Of a stretch of 61,155 nucleotides of DNA, positions 11,398 to 23,433 are shown in pieces. Numbering within the stretch: position 1 is the first letter of the stretch; every line of letters starts with the position of its first letter. A program made the translations under genes and the position numbers. The DNA is from Macrostomum lignano (lineage: Eukaryota). The notes beneath the pieces are model-generated. The model was not told the DNA's origin and made no database searches. It was given only the letters and a program-made list of their open reading frames with translations. The stretch is from contig NIVC01002160.1 in assembly GCA_002269645.1 (NCBI GenBank), positions 1 through 61,155 of the forward strand. The letters run 5' to 3'.

Positions 11398-14300
11398 GAA
11401 ATGGATTGCTAATCCAGCCAATATCACGAAGGAAGGAACAGGATGGATTGATAATCTAGCCAACATCACGGATGAAGGAATAGAATGGATTGCTAATCTA
11501 GCCAACATCACGGATGAAGGAATAGAATGGATTGCTAATCTAGCCATCATCACGGATGAAGGAATAGAATGGATTGCTAATCTAGCCAACATCACGGATG
11601 AAGGAATAGAATGGATTGTTAATCTATTCAACATCACGGATGAAGGAATAGAATGGATTGCTAATCTATTCAACATTACGGATGAAGGAATAGAATGGAT
11701 TGCTAATCTATTCAACATCACGGATGAAGGAATAGAATGGATTGTTAATCTATTCAACATTACGGATGAAGGAATAGAATGGATTGCTAATCTATTCAAC
11801 ATTACGGATGAAGGAATAGAATGGATTGCTAATCTATTCAACATCACGGATGAAGGAATAGAATGGATTGCTAATCTATTCAACATCACGGATGAAGGAA
11901 TAGAATGGATTGCTAATCTAGCCAACATTACGGATGAAGGAATAGAATGGATTGTTAATCTATTCAACATTACGGATGAAGGAATAGAATGGATTGTTAA
12001 TCTATTCAACATTACGGATGAAGGAATAGAATGGATTGCTAATCTATTCAACATTACGGATGAAGGAACAGAATGGATTGCTAATCCAGCCATCATCACG
12101 GATGAAGGAATAGAATGGATTGCTAATCTAGCCATCATCACGGATGAAGGAACAGGATGGATTGCTAATCTAGCCATCATCACGGATGAAGGAACAGGAT
12201 GGATTGCTAATCTATCCAACATCACGGATGAAGGAATAGAATGGATTGCTAATCTATTCAACATCACGGATGAAGGAATAGAATGGATTGCTAATCTATT
12301 CAACATCACGGATGAAGGAATAGAATGGATTGCTAATCTATTCAACATCACGGATGAAGGAATAGAATGGATTGCTAATCTAGCCATCATCACGGATGAA
12401 GGAATAGAATGGATTGCTAATCTAGCCAACATCACGGATGAAGGAATAGAATGGATTGTTAATCTATTCAACATCACGGATGAAGGAATAGAATGGATTG
12501 CTAATCTATTCAACATTACGGATGAAGGAATATAATGGATTGCTAATCTATTCAACATCACGGATGAAGGAATAGAATGGATTGTTAATCTATTCAACAT
12601 TACGGATGAAGGAATAGAATGGATTGCTAATCTATTCAACATTACGGATGAAGGAATAGAATGGATTGCTAATCTATTCAACATCACGGATGAAGGAATA
12701 GAATGGATTGCTAATCTATTCAACATCACGGATGAAGGAATAGAATGGATTGCTAATCTAGCCAACATTACGGATGAAGGAATAGAATGGATTGTTAATC
12801 TATTCAACATTACGGATGAAGGAATAGAATGGATTGTTAATCTATTCAACATTACGGATGAAGGAATAGAATGGATTGCTAATCTATTCAACATTACGGA
12901 TGAAGGAACAGAATGGATTGCTAATCCAGCCATCATCACGGATGAAGGAATAGAATGGATTGCTAATCTAGCCATCATCACGGATGAAGGAACAGGATGG
13001 ATTGCTAATCTAGCCATCATCACGGATGAAGGAACAGGATGGATTGCTAATCTATCCAACATCACGGATGAAGGAATAGAATGGATTGCTAATCTATTCA
13101 ACATCACGGATGAAGGAATAGAATGGATTGCTAATCTATTCAACATCACGGATGAAGGAATAGAATGGATTGCTAATCTAGCCATCATCACGGATGAAGG
13201 AACAGGATGGATTGCTAATCTAGCCAACATCACGGATGAAGGAATACAATGGATTGCTAATCTATCCAACATCACGGATGAAGGAATAGAATGGATTGCT
13301 AATCTATTCAACATCACGGATGAAGGAATAGAATGGATTGCTAATCTATTCAACATCACGGATGAAGGAATAGAATGGATTGCTAATCTAGCCAACATTA
13401 CGGATGAAGGAATAGAATGGATTGTTAATCTATTCAACATTACGGATGAAGGAATAGAATGGATTGTTAATCTATTCAACATTACGGATGAAGGAATAGA
13501 ATGGATTGCTAATCTATTCAACATTACGGATGAAGGAACAGAATGGATTGCTAATCTAGCCATCATCACGGATGAAGGAATAGAATGGATTGCTAATCTA
13601 GCCATCATCACGGATGAAGGAACAGGATGGATTGCTAATCTAGCCAACATCACGGATGAAGGAATACAATGGATTGCTAATCTATCCAACATCACGGATG
13701 AAGGAATAGAATGGATTGCTAATCTAGTCAACATCACGGATGAAGGAATAGAATGGATTGCTAATCTATTCAACATCACGGATGAAGGAATAGAATGGAT
13801 TGCTAATCTAGCCAACATTACGGATGAAGGAATAGAATGGATTGTTAATCTATTCAACATTACGGATGAAGGAATAGAATGGATTGTTAATCTATTCAAC
13901 ATTACGGATGAAGGAATAGAATGGATTGCTAATCTATTCAACATTACGGATGAAGGAACAGAATGGATTGCTAATCTAGCCATCATCACGGATGAAGGAA
14001 TAGAATGGATTGCTAATCTAGCCATCATCACGGATGAAGGAACAGGATGGATTGCTAATCTAGCCAACATCACGGATGAAGGAATACAATGGATTGCTAA
14101 TCTATCCAACATCACGGATGAAGGAATAGAATGGATCGCTAATCTATTCAACATCACGGATGAAGGAATAGAATGGATTGCTAATCTATTCAACATTACG
14201 GATGAAGGAACAGAATGGATTGCTAATCTAGCCATCATCACGGATGAAGGAACAGGATGGATTGCTAATCTAGCCAACATCACGGATGAAGGAATACAAT

Positions 14301-14443
14301 GGATTGCTAATCTATCCAACATCACGGATGAAGGAATAGAATGGATCGCTAATCTATTCAACATCACGGATGAAGGAATAGAATGGATTGCTAATCTATT
14401 CAACATCACGGATGAAGGAATAGAATGGATTGCTAATCTATCC
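11398..14443. repeat. 42-bp minisatellite array B (~72 copies), inverted relative to array A
   Basis: Unit atcacggatgaaggaatagaatggattgctaatctattcaac is the reverse complement of the array A unit. 840-bp and 420-bp higher-order duplications are visible. Confidence 0.97.
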
Positions 14444-14553
14444 ATCAATAATTTAGTTGAAGTCCATACGATAGCTAAATGAATAAATCGAATAAAATGA
14501 TTATCTAGAATAAAAGAACCAGCTGTAAATGTGCCTCTAATCCATGCAACAAT

Positions 14554-15495
14554 CAGGGAAAAGTCAGGGAAAAGTGACAGTAACAGAGTGACAGTAACAG
14601 AGTGACAGTAACAGAGTGACAATGACAGAGTGACGGAATGATCAAGTGACAGAATGACCGAGTGACAGAATGACCGAGTGACAGAATGACCGAGTGACAG
14701 AATGACCGAGTGACAGAATGACCGAGTGACAGAATGACCGAGTGACAGAATGACCGAGTGACAGAATGACCGAGTGACAGAATGACCGAGTGACAGAATG
14801 ACCGAGTGACAGAATGACCGAGTGACAGAATGACCGAGTGACAGAATGACCGAGTGACAGAATGACCGAGTGACAGAATGACCGAGTGACAGAATGACCG
14901 AGTGACAGAATGACCGAGTGACAGAATGACCGAGTGACAGAATGACCGAGTGACAGAATGACCGAGTGACAGAATGACCGAGTGACAGAATGACCGAGTG
15001 ACAGAATGACCGAGTGACAGAATGACCGAGTGACAGAATGACCGAGTGACAGAATGACCGAGTGACAGAATGACCGAGTGACAGAATGACCGAGTGACAG
15101 AATGACCGAGTGACAGAATGACCGAGTGACAGAATGACCGAGTGACAGAATGACCGAGTGACAGAATGACCGAGTGACAGAATGACCGAGTGACAGAATG
15201 ACCGAGTGACAGAATGACCGAGTGACAGAATGACCGAGTGACAGAATGACCGAGTGACAGAATGACCGAGTGACAGAATGACCGAGTGACAGAATGACCG
15301 AGTGACAGAATGACCGAGTGACAGAATGACCGAGTGACAGAATGACCGAGTGACAGAATGACCGAGTGACAGAATGACCGAGTGACAGAATGACCGAGTG
15401 ACAGAATGACCGAGTGACAGAATGACCGAGTGACAGAATGACCGAGTGACAGAATGACCGAGTGACAGAATGACCGAGTGACAGATTGACCAAGA
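14554..15495. repeat. 16-bp minisatellite (52 perfect copies, 14648-15479) with 11- and 14-bp precursor units
   Basis: Unit gacagaatgaccgagt, preceded by (cagggaaaagt)2 and (gacagtaacagagt)3. Confidence 0.97.
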
Positions 15496-16301
15496 ATTTG
15501 AGATTCACCCGAGCTGAAATCGGGGCCTTGCATCAGGTTCGCGGGAGCCAAGAGGATTAACAGCGGAGTGGCAACAGCCAGCTGCTCCAGATGCGCCGCC
15601 CAGATTACCGATGGCTCGGGCTAAAGCATCCCAGATTTCTTGTGGATGTTTTTAGAAGCGGAGAGTCACAGAGACCCGGCAACCGACCGTCTCTGATGGA
15701 TCGGCGGGTCCCCCCAGCTTCCCCCAAATCTCTCTGCCCCTCTTTGCCTGTCTGTTGCTTTCAGAAGGCTCTCCAAAGAGGACTCTCCCAGAGGAGATGG
15801 GCGGCAGCGCAGGCAAACGTGCCGCAACTGACAATGCGCGCTTCCGGCGGCTGCAGGGGATGAAAAAGGAGCGACTGGGGATCAAAACCGATTAGCTTCT
15901 GTCTCTCGCTTATTCCGGCTCTCGACAGCGGCCAAGCGAGCTGCTGATTACGTAACAATGGAAGCAACCTGGGCGCCGGCTCGAATCCCATGAGGGTGTC
16001 CCCTCTCTCCCCGAGTCAATGTGGGACAGCCGCCGATGCAGCTTTGAGTGGAGCGACCGAGGTTGAGTCGGAGAGGATGGGTGAGGTTATTCTCAAAGTT
16101 TTTCTCAAAGCCTCTCAGATGTATTCAGTCAGTTGAGCAGGCCCAGACTCCCATCCTTGATGATGGAGTGGCTGCTCGAATGCAGATTTCGTGAGTCGAT
16201 GGTTGTGCAAAGTGCAGCCGGGTTTTCAACGGCTTTGTTGATGCGGTTGAGACTCGAAGCAGATGGGGAGACGGGAGAAAAAGGAGGGGAGAGTCAGTGG
16301 T

Positions 16302-17107
16302 GAATGGGAGATGCATTGATGAAGGGAAGATGCAGTGTTGAAGGGAAGATGCAGTGATGAAGGGAAGATGCAGTGTTGAAGGGAAGATGCAGTGATGAAG
16401 GGAAGATGCAGTGTTGAAGGGGAGGTGCAGTGTTGAAGGGAAGATGCAGTGATGAAGGGAAGATGCAGTGATGAAGGGAAGATGCAGTGATGAAGGGGAG
16501 GTGCAGTGTTGAAGGGGAGGTGCAGTGATGAAGGGAAGATGCAGTGTTGAAGGGAAGATGCAGTGATGAAGGGAAGATGCAGTGATGAAGGGAGGATGCT
16601 GTGGTGAAGGGAAGATGCTGTGGTGAAGGGAAGATGCTGTGGTGAAGGGAAGATGCTGTGGTGAAGGGAAGATGCTGTGGTGAAGGGAAGATGCTGTGGT
16701 GAAGGGAGGATGCTGTGGTGAAGGGAAGATGCTGTGGTGAAGGGAAGATGCTGTGGTGAAGGGAAGATGCAGTGGTGAAGGGAAGATGCAGTGATGAAGG
16801 GAGGATGCAGTGATGAAGGGAGGATGCTGTGGTGAAGGGAAGATGCTGTGGTGAAGGGAAGATGCTGTGGTGAAGGGAAGATGCAGTGGTGAAGGGAAGA
16901 TGCAGTGGTGAAGGGAAGATGCAGTGATGAAGGGAAGATGCAGTGATGAAGGGAGGATGCTGTGGTGAAGGGAAGATGCTGTGGTGAAGGGAAGATGCTG
17001 TGGTGAAGGGAAGATGCAGTGGTGAAGGGAAGATGCAGTGATGAAGGGAGGATGCTGTGGTGAAGGGAAGATGCTGTGGTGAAGGGAAGATGCTGTGGTG
17101 AAGGGAA
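16302..17107. repeat. 19-bp minisatellite (~41 copies)
   Basis: Unit gaagggaagatgcagtgat / gaagggaagatgctgtggt. Confidence 0.96.
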
Positions 17108-17836
17108 CAGATGGCAGCAGACAGTAAAGCGAGAGAACAAAGGAAAGTGTTAGCAGGGGTATAGCTGGATACTCAGCAGAATATTGGCTCCAGATGACTC
17201 CAGTCGGGTCGGATTCGCTCGATAAATTTAAGGCAACACTTCGAGCGCATTGGCAGGTTCAAAGAAAATGTGATGTCCCAGCTCAGAAATAATGGAGCAG
17301 CCCCGTTGCGTGCTTCTCGCTCTGGCTCTCGGCTTTCAGGAGCAGCAGCAGCAGCAGACCCGCCATGGAATCTGAGTCCACCTTGCCAACCAGCCCTGCT
17401 GCATGTTTTATGCCCAGCCTCGGGGCAAAACTTGAGGGGCCAGAAGCGGGGGCGGGCTGGTCTGTCCCCGCGTGTCCCGTGTGCGATTACGCAATCAGAC
17501 GCAGAGCTTTTCGTGCCATGCCTCGCGGGGAAGAAGAGGTCACAGGTTCGAATGGGATGAAGAAGAGTCTTCGTACTCGGAGCAGCTGCGGTGGGATTAA
17601 TTGGGCGTTTCGAAGAACAGAATTTGTCGACAAACCGAGCGTGCGAGAATTTCGGGTTTGGTGGTGAAATTCGAGTCAAAGTCACTGCTTCATCAATTCC
17701 TGGAAGAGCCCTCTTGAGATGCGGTTTTTCATTTGTTTAACTTTGCTGCCCTGATTTCCTGGAAAACAAATTGTCTAATTTAATTTTAGCAGTGCAAAGA
17801 TCTTCTCAACTTATTTTCCCGCTTTTTCTCGTTTGT

Positions 17837-18100
17837 CCTCTTCTCCCTACTTCCCCTGCTCCCCTTCTCCCTACTTCCCCTGCTCCCCTTCTCCCTACTT
17901 CCCCTGCTCCCCTTCTCCCTACTTCCCCTGCTCCCTTTCTCCCTACTTTTCCCCTTCTCCCCTACTTCTCCCTATTTCTCACTACTTCTCCCCTTCTCCT
18001 TACTTCTCCCCTTTTTCTTACTTCTCCCCTTCTCCCCACTTCTCCCCATTTCTCCCCACTTCTCCCCTTCTCAACCCTCTCCCCTTACTTCCCCCGTCTT
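17837..18100. repeat. 24-bp pyrimidine-rich repeat decaying into low complexity
   Basis: About 4-5 copies of ccttctccctacttcccctgctcc, then degenerate C/T-rich sequence. Confidence 0.85.
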
Positions 18101-18907
18101 CCCTGTCCCCATCTCATCTTCTCCTATATCTCTATCTCGCAAAATTCAGGCCACGACACAGCAAAGTTAGCCACTCAATGCCAATATCTGCAACCATAGC
18201 GGAGAACATTAACAGAGTGAGCAAAGCTGCTCACCGCTACCGACTTCTCAAACTCTGTCTCCCCTCTCGAACCTGCGCCTATGAGGGGGGACCACTTGAG
18301 CTGTAAAAACTGAAATGAAATGGAAATCGAGGAGGGGAAAGAGCTAAGCTGGAGGGGGCGGCAGTGCAGTCAGTTGTGACAGCGTCAAAGCCGGATCGCT
18401 GCACCCCCCCCCCTCAGTTCACCTTTCCCTTTTCTGCCCGCCTGTCGGTAGAAACCCTTTGAAGTCGGTGGGCTCTGAGCTGCGCGCCATCTGCGCATAC
18501 TGAAGGTTGCGTGATCAAACTGTACTAGGCGGACAGACAGGCGGATACAGGCTTTGTAAGCTCTCTGTTGAGTAATAAGTCTGAGCATTTAATTAGGGTC
18601 CTTACTGAAGCCATAGATCCGGGGGCTGGTCTGAGGGAGCTGTGAGCAGAGGACAATCGGAGTTGTGTAAAAATAATTCCGATGTTCGTTGAGCAGTCTC
18701 TGAACAATCGCGCAAGGAGCGAGGGGATTAGCGGGCTGTTTTCATATTCTTGTGTATGGCTTCCGAGCCATTGTCGCGGCACCCCCCGGAGCGGCCCCCT
18801 CACTCCCTATCTTTACCTTTGCTTGCCCCCGCTATTGCAGACATTAAATAATAGGCCAGTCATTGTTGCACCATCTTGACGCTGCTCCACGAGTCCAAAT
18901 TTAGTGA

Positions 18908-19255
18908 GAGGTCAGTTGACCACCCTCCGATTAGCATCAACAGTTTTAAATTTAATGGGAGGTCAGTTGACCCCCCCTTTAAGAAGCATCGGTAGATTCT
19001 AAGTGGAGATCAGTTGACCCCCTTCAAATTAATATCAACAGATTCTAAACAGAGGTTAGTTGACCCCATTCCAATTTGCATCGAGAAATTCAAGACGGAG
19101 GTCAGTTGACCCCCTTTCAAATAGAGGTCAGTTGATTCTAAACAGAGGTCAGTTGACCCCCTTCAAATTAGCATCAACAGATTCTAAACAGAGGTCAATT
19201 GACTTCTTATGCTAATTAGTATCTACAATCTCAAAAGTGAGGTCAGTTTACCTCC
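18908..19255. repeat. Decayed ~46-bp repeat with conserved GAGGTCAGTTGACC core (9 cores)
   Basis: Cores start at 18908, 18959, 19006, 19052, 19098, 19124, 19145, 19191 and 19239. Linkers are related but diverged (cttcaaattagcatcaacagattctaaaca-like). Confidence 0.85.
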
Positions 19256-19759
19256 CAGAAGTTCATCAGAGTTAAAGCTTCGACCTACAAGTGCAGGTTG
19301 TAAATCATAGCCAGCAATGCCGGGAAAAAATCAATTTGATTTTCGAAGGCGAACAGACCCCCCCCCCCAGACTTTTATTTAGCAGTGCCAAAATATCTGC
19401 CGTTGCCCGCCTCGCGTGCCCGCAAGCATTCCGCAGTTTGACTCCGAGCCGAGAGTCTTTGCCTGCCGGGATAGAGTAGGGGGGAGATTATCTCCCGCCT
19501 GTATGGGATAATCTCCCACCAGTGTGCACTTAGTAGCGTCTTTTATTGTCTTTCCCTTGGCCGTCCCGTCTGTTAGCGACACCCGGACCGTCAATCAGAC
19601 TTGCCGCGGTCTCCAAGCCGTCTCTCTAAGCCGACGGCAGTTCTCACTCGCCCTCTCCCCCACCCGCTGGATCAATGCGATCAACCGGCTTATCGCAGTG
19701 TCAGGTGCGCAGTCTCGTGCTGGAGTCCTGCCTACCGGATCCGATAGACCCGAGTCATC

Positions 19760-20015
19760 TTCTCTCTCTAGTTCCCACCTCTCCCTCCCACTCTCCATCT
19801 CTATCTCCGCTTCGCTTCCTCTCATTCTCCCCTCTCTATCTCTCACTCCCCCTCTCTCCCTCTCCTCCCCATCTCTCCTTCTCTTTTTATCTCCTTACCC
19901 ACCTGTCGCTCTCCCTCTTCTTCCTCTACCTCTCCCTTCCCATCTCTACCTGCCCCCTCTCCCTCTCTTTCTCTCTCTCTCCTTCTCCGTCTACTCCTTT
20001 CTCCCTATATCCCTC
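19760..20015. repeat. C/T low-complexity tract
   Basis: Irregular (ct)n/(ctc)n sequence with no fixed unit. Confidence 0.8.
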
Positions 20016-20020
20016 CTAAA

Positions 20021-20143
20021 TAGAGGTGTTCGGGGTCGGGCTTTGGTACCGGGTTCGTGGTTTGAAAAAATGTTCGGCTCGACACCCGTCCCGGTACCCC
20101 GAACCCCGAGCCCCGAATGAATTGCCGTTTCGAATACTCCCTA
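20021..20143. mobile_element. 123-bp hAT-type MITE
   Basis: Exact 8-bp direct repeat CTCCTAAA at 20013-20020 and 20144-20151. Imperfect TIRs tagaggtgttcg / cgaatactcccta. Internal inverted motifs ggtaccggg / cccggtacc and ttcggggtcggg / cccgagccccgaa. Confidence 0.75.
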
Positions 20144-20966
20144 CTCCTAAACTGCCTCTTTATTCAATTACTAATTAATTCAATTTATGCTCCCACCTCA
20201 CTTTGTTCCCTTCAATTTCTTCCACTGTCTCCCCCTCTCTTCCCTACCTTTGTCCCTCTTGTTAACCTTCTTGTTACGACCCTCGGCGATTGCGTCACCG
20301 CTCATGCGGTCTCCTCTGTCATCCCTTCGGCCGCTGTCCCGGTTCCCACGGGGAAGAATCTCCCCTCTTCAGCCTTTTGAGCTGGCGCCGCTCCGAGAGC
20401 ATTTCTCAATCGAGCAGTGAAGGAATCTGCAAGGCCACTGTCTGCTCGGGGGGGGGGGGGGCACCCCAGGTGTGACACTCGCATCGACCTGGTGAGGAGG
20501 GCACAGGAGGGAATTATCGATACAGCAGGTTGAGGAGCGGACAGACAGAACCGGCAGCACCTTCGGGACTCGGGGAGAGTTGGAGAACAGCCCCATTGAA
20601 GTGGGTGCTGTTAAGCTTTTGGACGCATTTTCTCTTGGCCAATCAATATTTTTTAGCTGCAGCCTCCTCCACACACTTAGTGCGGAACTGTTCTTAATTC
20701 TTGATGAAGCATGTTGAAGCTTCGCCCGCTGGTTGCTGCGGGCCCCACCGCAGTGCGAAATTAAACGATTTTACATGGCTGACCCTGCAGTTAGGGTGGA
20801 ATTAATCACTCCGACTCTTTAACCCACCTCTATTCTTTACTGATGTCTTAATCCCATTATCTAAGCATTGCAGTATCTCATACAGAACCCATTATTCCAT
20901 AATCTCAACTTTCCATCATCTTAGTATATCTTCGGATCCAGAATCCCATCGTACCGTTATCCCGCT

Positions 20967-21566
20967 CCCCATAATCCCAATCTCCCTTAATACCATCCCC
21001 CACAATCCCACTCTCCCTTAATCCCATCCCCCATAATCCCAATCTCCCTTAATCCCATCCCCCATAATCCCAATCTCCATTAATCCCACCCCCCATAATC
21101 CCAATCTCCCTTAATCCCATCCCCCATAATCCCACTCTCCCTTAATCCCATCCCCCATAATCCCACTCTCCCTTAATCCCATCCCCCATAATCTCAATCT
21201 CCCATTATTCCCAGCCCCCATAATCTCAATCTCCCTTAATCCCATCCCCCATAATCCCACTCTCCCTTAATCCCATCCCCCATAATCCCAATCTCCCTTA
21301 ATCCCATCCCCCATAATCCCAATCTCCCTTAATCCCACCCCCATAATCCCACTCTCCCTTAATCCCATCCCCCATAATCTCAATCTCCCATCATCTCAAT
21401 CTCCCTTAATCCCAATATCCAATTATCCCAATCTCCTATTATTTTAATCTCCCATTATCCTAATCCCCCACCATCCCAATCCTCCATTATCCCAGTCCCC
21501 CACTATCCTAATCTCCCATTATCCCAATCGCCCATTATCCCAATCTCCCATAATCCCAATCTCCCG
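20967..21566. repeat. ~31-bp C-rich minisatellite, degenerate at its right end
   Basis: Unit ccccataatcccaatctcccttaatcccatc. Confidence 0.92.
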
Positions 21567-22168
21567 TGAACGAATTCCACAGCAACATCACATTGCTTAG
21601 TTTATTTTAATGAACTAACTGGACTAAGAATCAGCCACAGCAACTGCATTGTGCAGGCAGACAAGGCAATATGCGCAAGGAAGTGCTACTTTCTATATGC
21701 GAAAGACTCTGCCTGCTGCACAGGGTTATTATCATTCATCGGGCTCGTCTGCCAATGCTGACTTCCAGCTCGCCCCGCCCCCATCGGCCCAGCGGGTGGT
21801 CTTTGATTACAAGCCGGCCAAGCTTTCGGTGGAACACCCCGTGCGGTTCCGCTATTATTCTTATTATTTTCATTACTCCCCGCTCACCACCCCAGTGCCG
21901 AAAGCAGCACAGAGATAACTGGCTTGACCTGGGCGGAGAAATTGATAGAAACCGCAGATTCCGGGGAGCGCCTTCTTCTACTTCATCATCGGGAATGTAT
22001 TGGATAGGAATGTTCGGTCATCCAGTGGCAAATAGATTAATTATCCCCCCTTATACTGGTTGCGGTTGCTGCTACTGGGAAAAGAGGCGAACTGAGAGGG
22101 ACTTTTTAAATTTAATGTGGAATTGATTAATTTAGAGTAGCTCGTAGATGGGCAGAATGATGAGAAGG

Positions 22169-23433
22169 GGAGTGAGAAAGAGAGTGAGACGGAGAGTGAG
22201 ACGGAGAGTTAAATAGAGAGTGAGATGGAGAGTGAGATGGAGAGTGAGATGGAGAGTGAGATGGAGATTGAGATGGAGAGGGAGATGGAGAGTGACAGGG
22301 AGAGTTAAATAGAGAGTGAGACAGAGAGTGAGACAGAGAGTGAGACAGAGAGTGAGATGGAGAGTGAGATGGAGAGTGAGACGGAGAGTGAGATGGAGAT
22401 TGACACGGAGAGTGAGAAGGAGAGTGAGACGGATAGTGAGATGGAAAGTGGGACGGAGAGAGAGTGAGACGTTGAGTGAGATGGAGAGTGAGATGGAGAG
22501 TGAGACGGAGAGTGATATGGAGAGTGAGAGGGAGAGTGAGATAGAGAGTGAGACGGAGAGTGAGACGGAGAGTGAGATGGAGAGTGAGAAGGAGAGTGAG
22601 ATGGAGAGTGAGATGGAGAGTGGGACGGAGAGAGAGTGAGACGTTGAGTGAGATGGAGAGTGAGATGGAGAGTGAGACGGAGAGTGAGATGGAGAGTGAG
22701 ATGGAGAGTGAGATAGAGAGTGAGACGGAGAGTGAGACGGAGAGTGAGATGGAGAGTGAGAAGGAGAGTGAGATAGAGAGTGAGACGGAGAGTGAGACGG
22801 AGAGTGAGATGGAGAGTGAGAAGGAGAGTGAGATAGAGAGTGAGACGGAGAGTGAGACGGAGAGTGAGATGGAGAGTGAGAAGGAGAGTGAGATGGAGAG
22901 TGAGAGGGAGAGTGAGATGGAGATTGAGACGGAGAGTGAGATGGAGAGTGAGATGGAGAGTGAGATGGAGAGTGAGACGGAGAGTGAGAAGGAGAGTGAG
23001 ACGGATAGTGAGATGGAAAGTGGGACGGAGAGAGAGTGAGACGTTGAGTGAGATGGAGAGTGAGATGGAGAGTGAAACGGAGAGTGATATGGAGAGTGAG
23101 AGGGAGAGTGAGATAGAGAGTGAGACGGAGAGTGAGACGGAGAGTGAGATGGAGAGTGAGAAGGAGAGTGAGATGGAGAGTGAGATGGAGAGTGGGACGG
23201 AGAGAGAGTGAGACGTTGAGTGAGATGGAGAGTGAGATGGAGAGTGAGACGGAGAGTGAGATGGAGAGTGAGATGGAGAGTGAGATAGAGAGTGAGACGG
23301 AGAGTGAGACGGAGAGTGAGATGGAGAGTGAGACGGATAGTGAGATGGAAAGTGGGACGGAGAGAGAGTGAGAAGGAGAGTGAGACGGAGAGTGAGATGG
23401 AGATTGAGACGGAGAGTGAGAAGGAGAGTGAGA
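22169..23433. repeat. 12-bp purine-rich minisatellite (~105 copies) with block duplications
   Basis: Unit gagagtgagatg/acg/aag. The variant block ggatagtgagatggaaagtgggacgg recurs at 22431, 23003 and 23335. Confidence 0.95.

Noticed and set aside
5254-14443. Arrays A and B as the TIRs of one Foldback transposon
   Set aside because: The outer flanks (~5100-5250 and ~14445-14550) are not complementary and no TSD was found.
11365-14622. 1085-aa minus ORF and the (EGIEWIANLFNITD)n plus ORF as a repeat protein
   Set aside because: Both come from the 42-bp unit. The plus frame has a stop at 12533-12535, array A has frameshifting insertions, variants are mostly non-synonymous, and there is no signal peptide.
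15978-15988. B-box-like GGCTCGAATCC (and GGTTCGAATGG at 17545-17555) as SINE/tRNA heads
   Set aside because: No convincing A box at the right distance, no cloverleaf, and no body or tail.
18908-19255. CRISPR-like array (conserved palindromic core with variable spacers)
   Set aside because: Spacers are related to one another, there are no cas genes, and the context is eukaryotic. The same applies to the 42-bp arrays.
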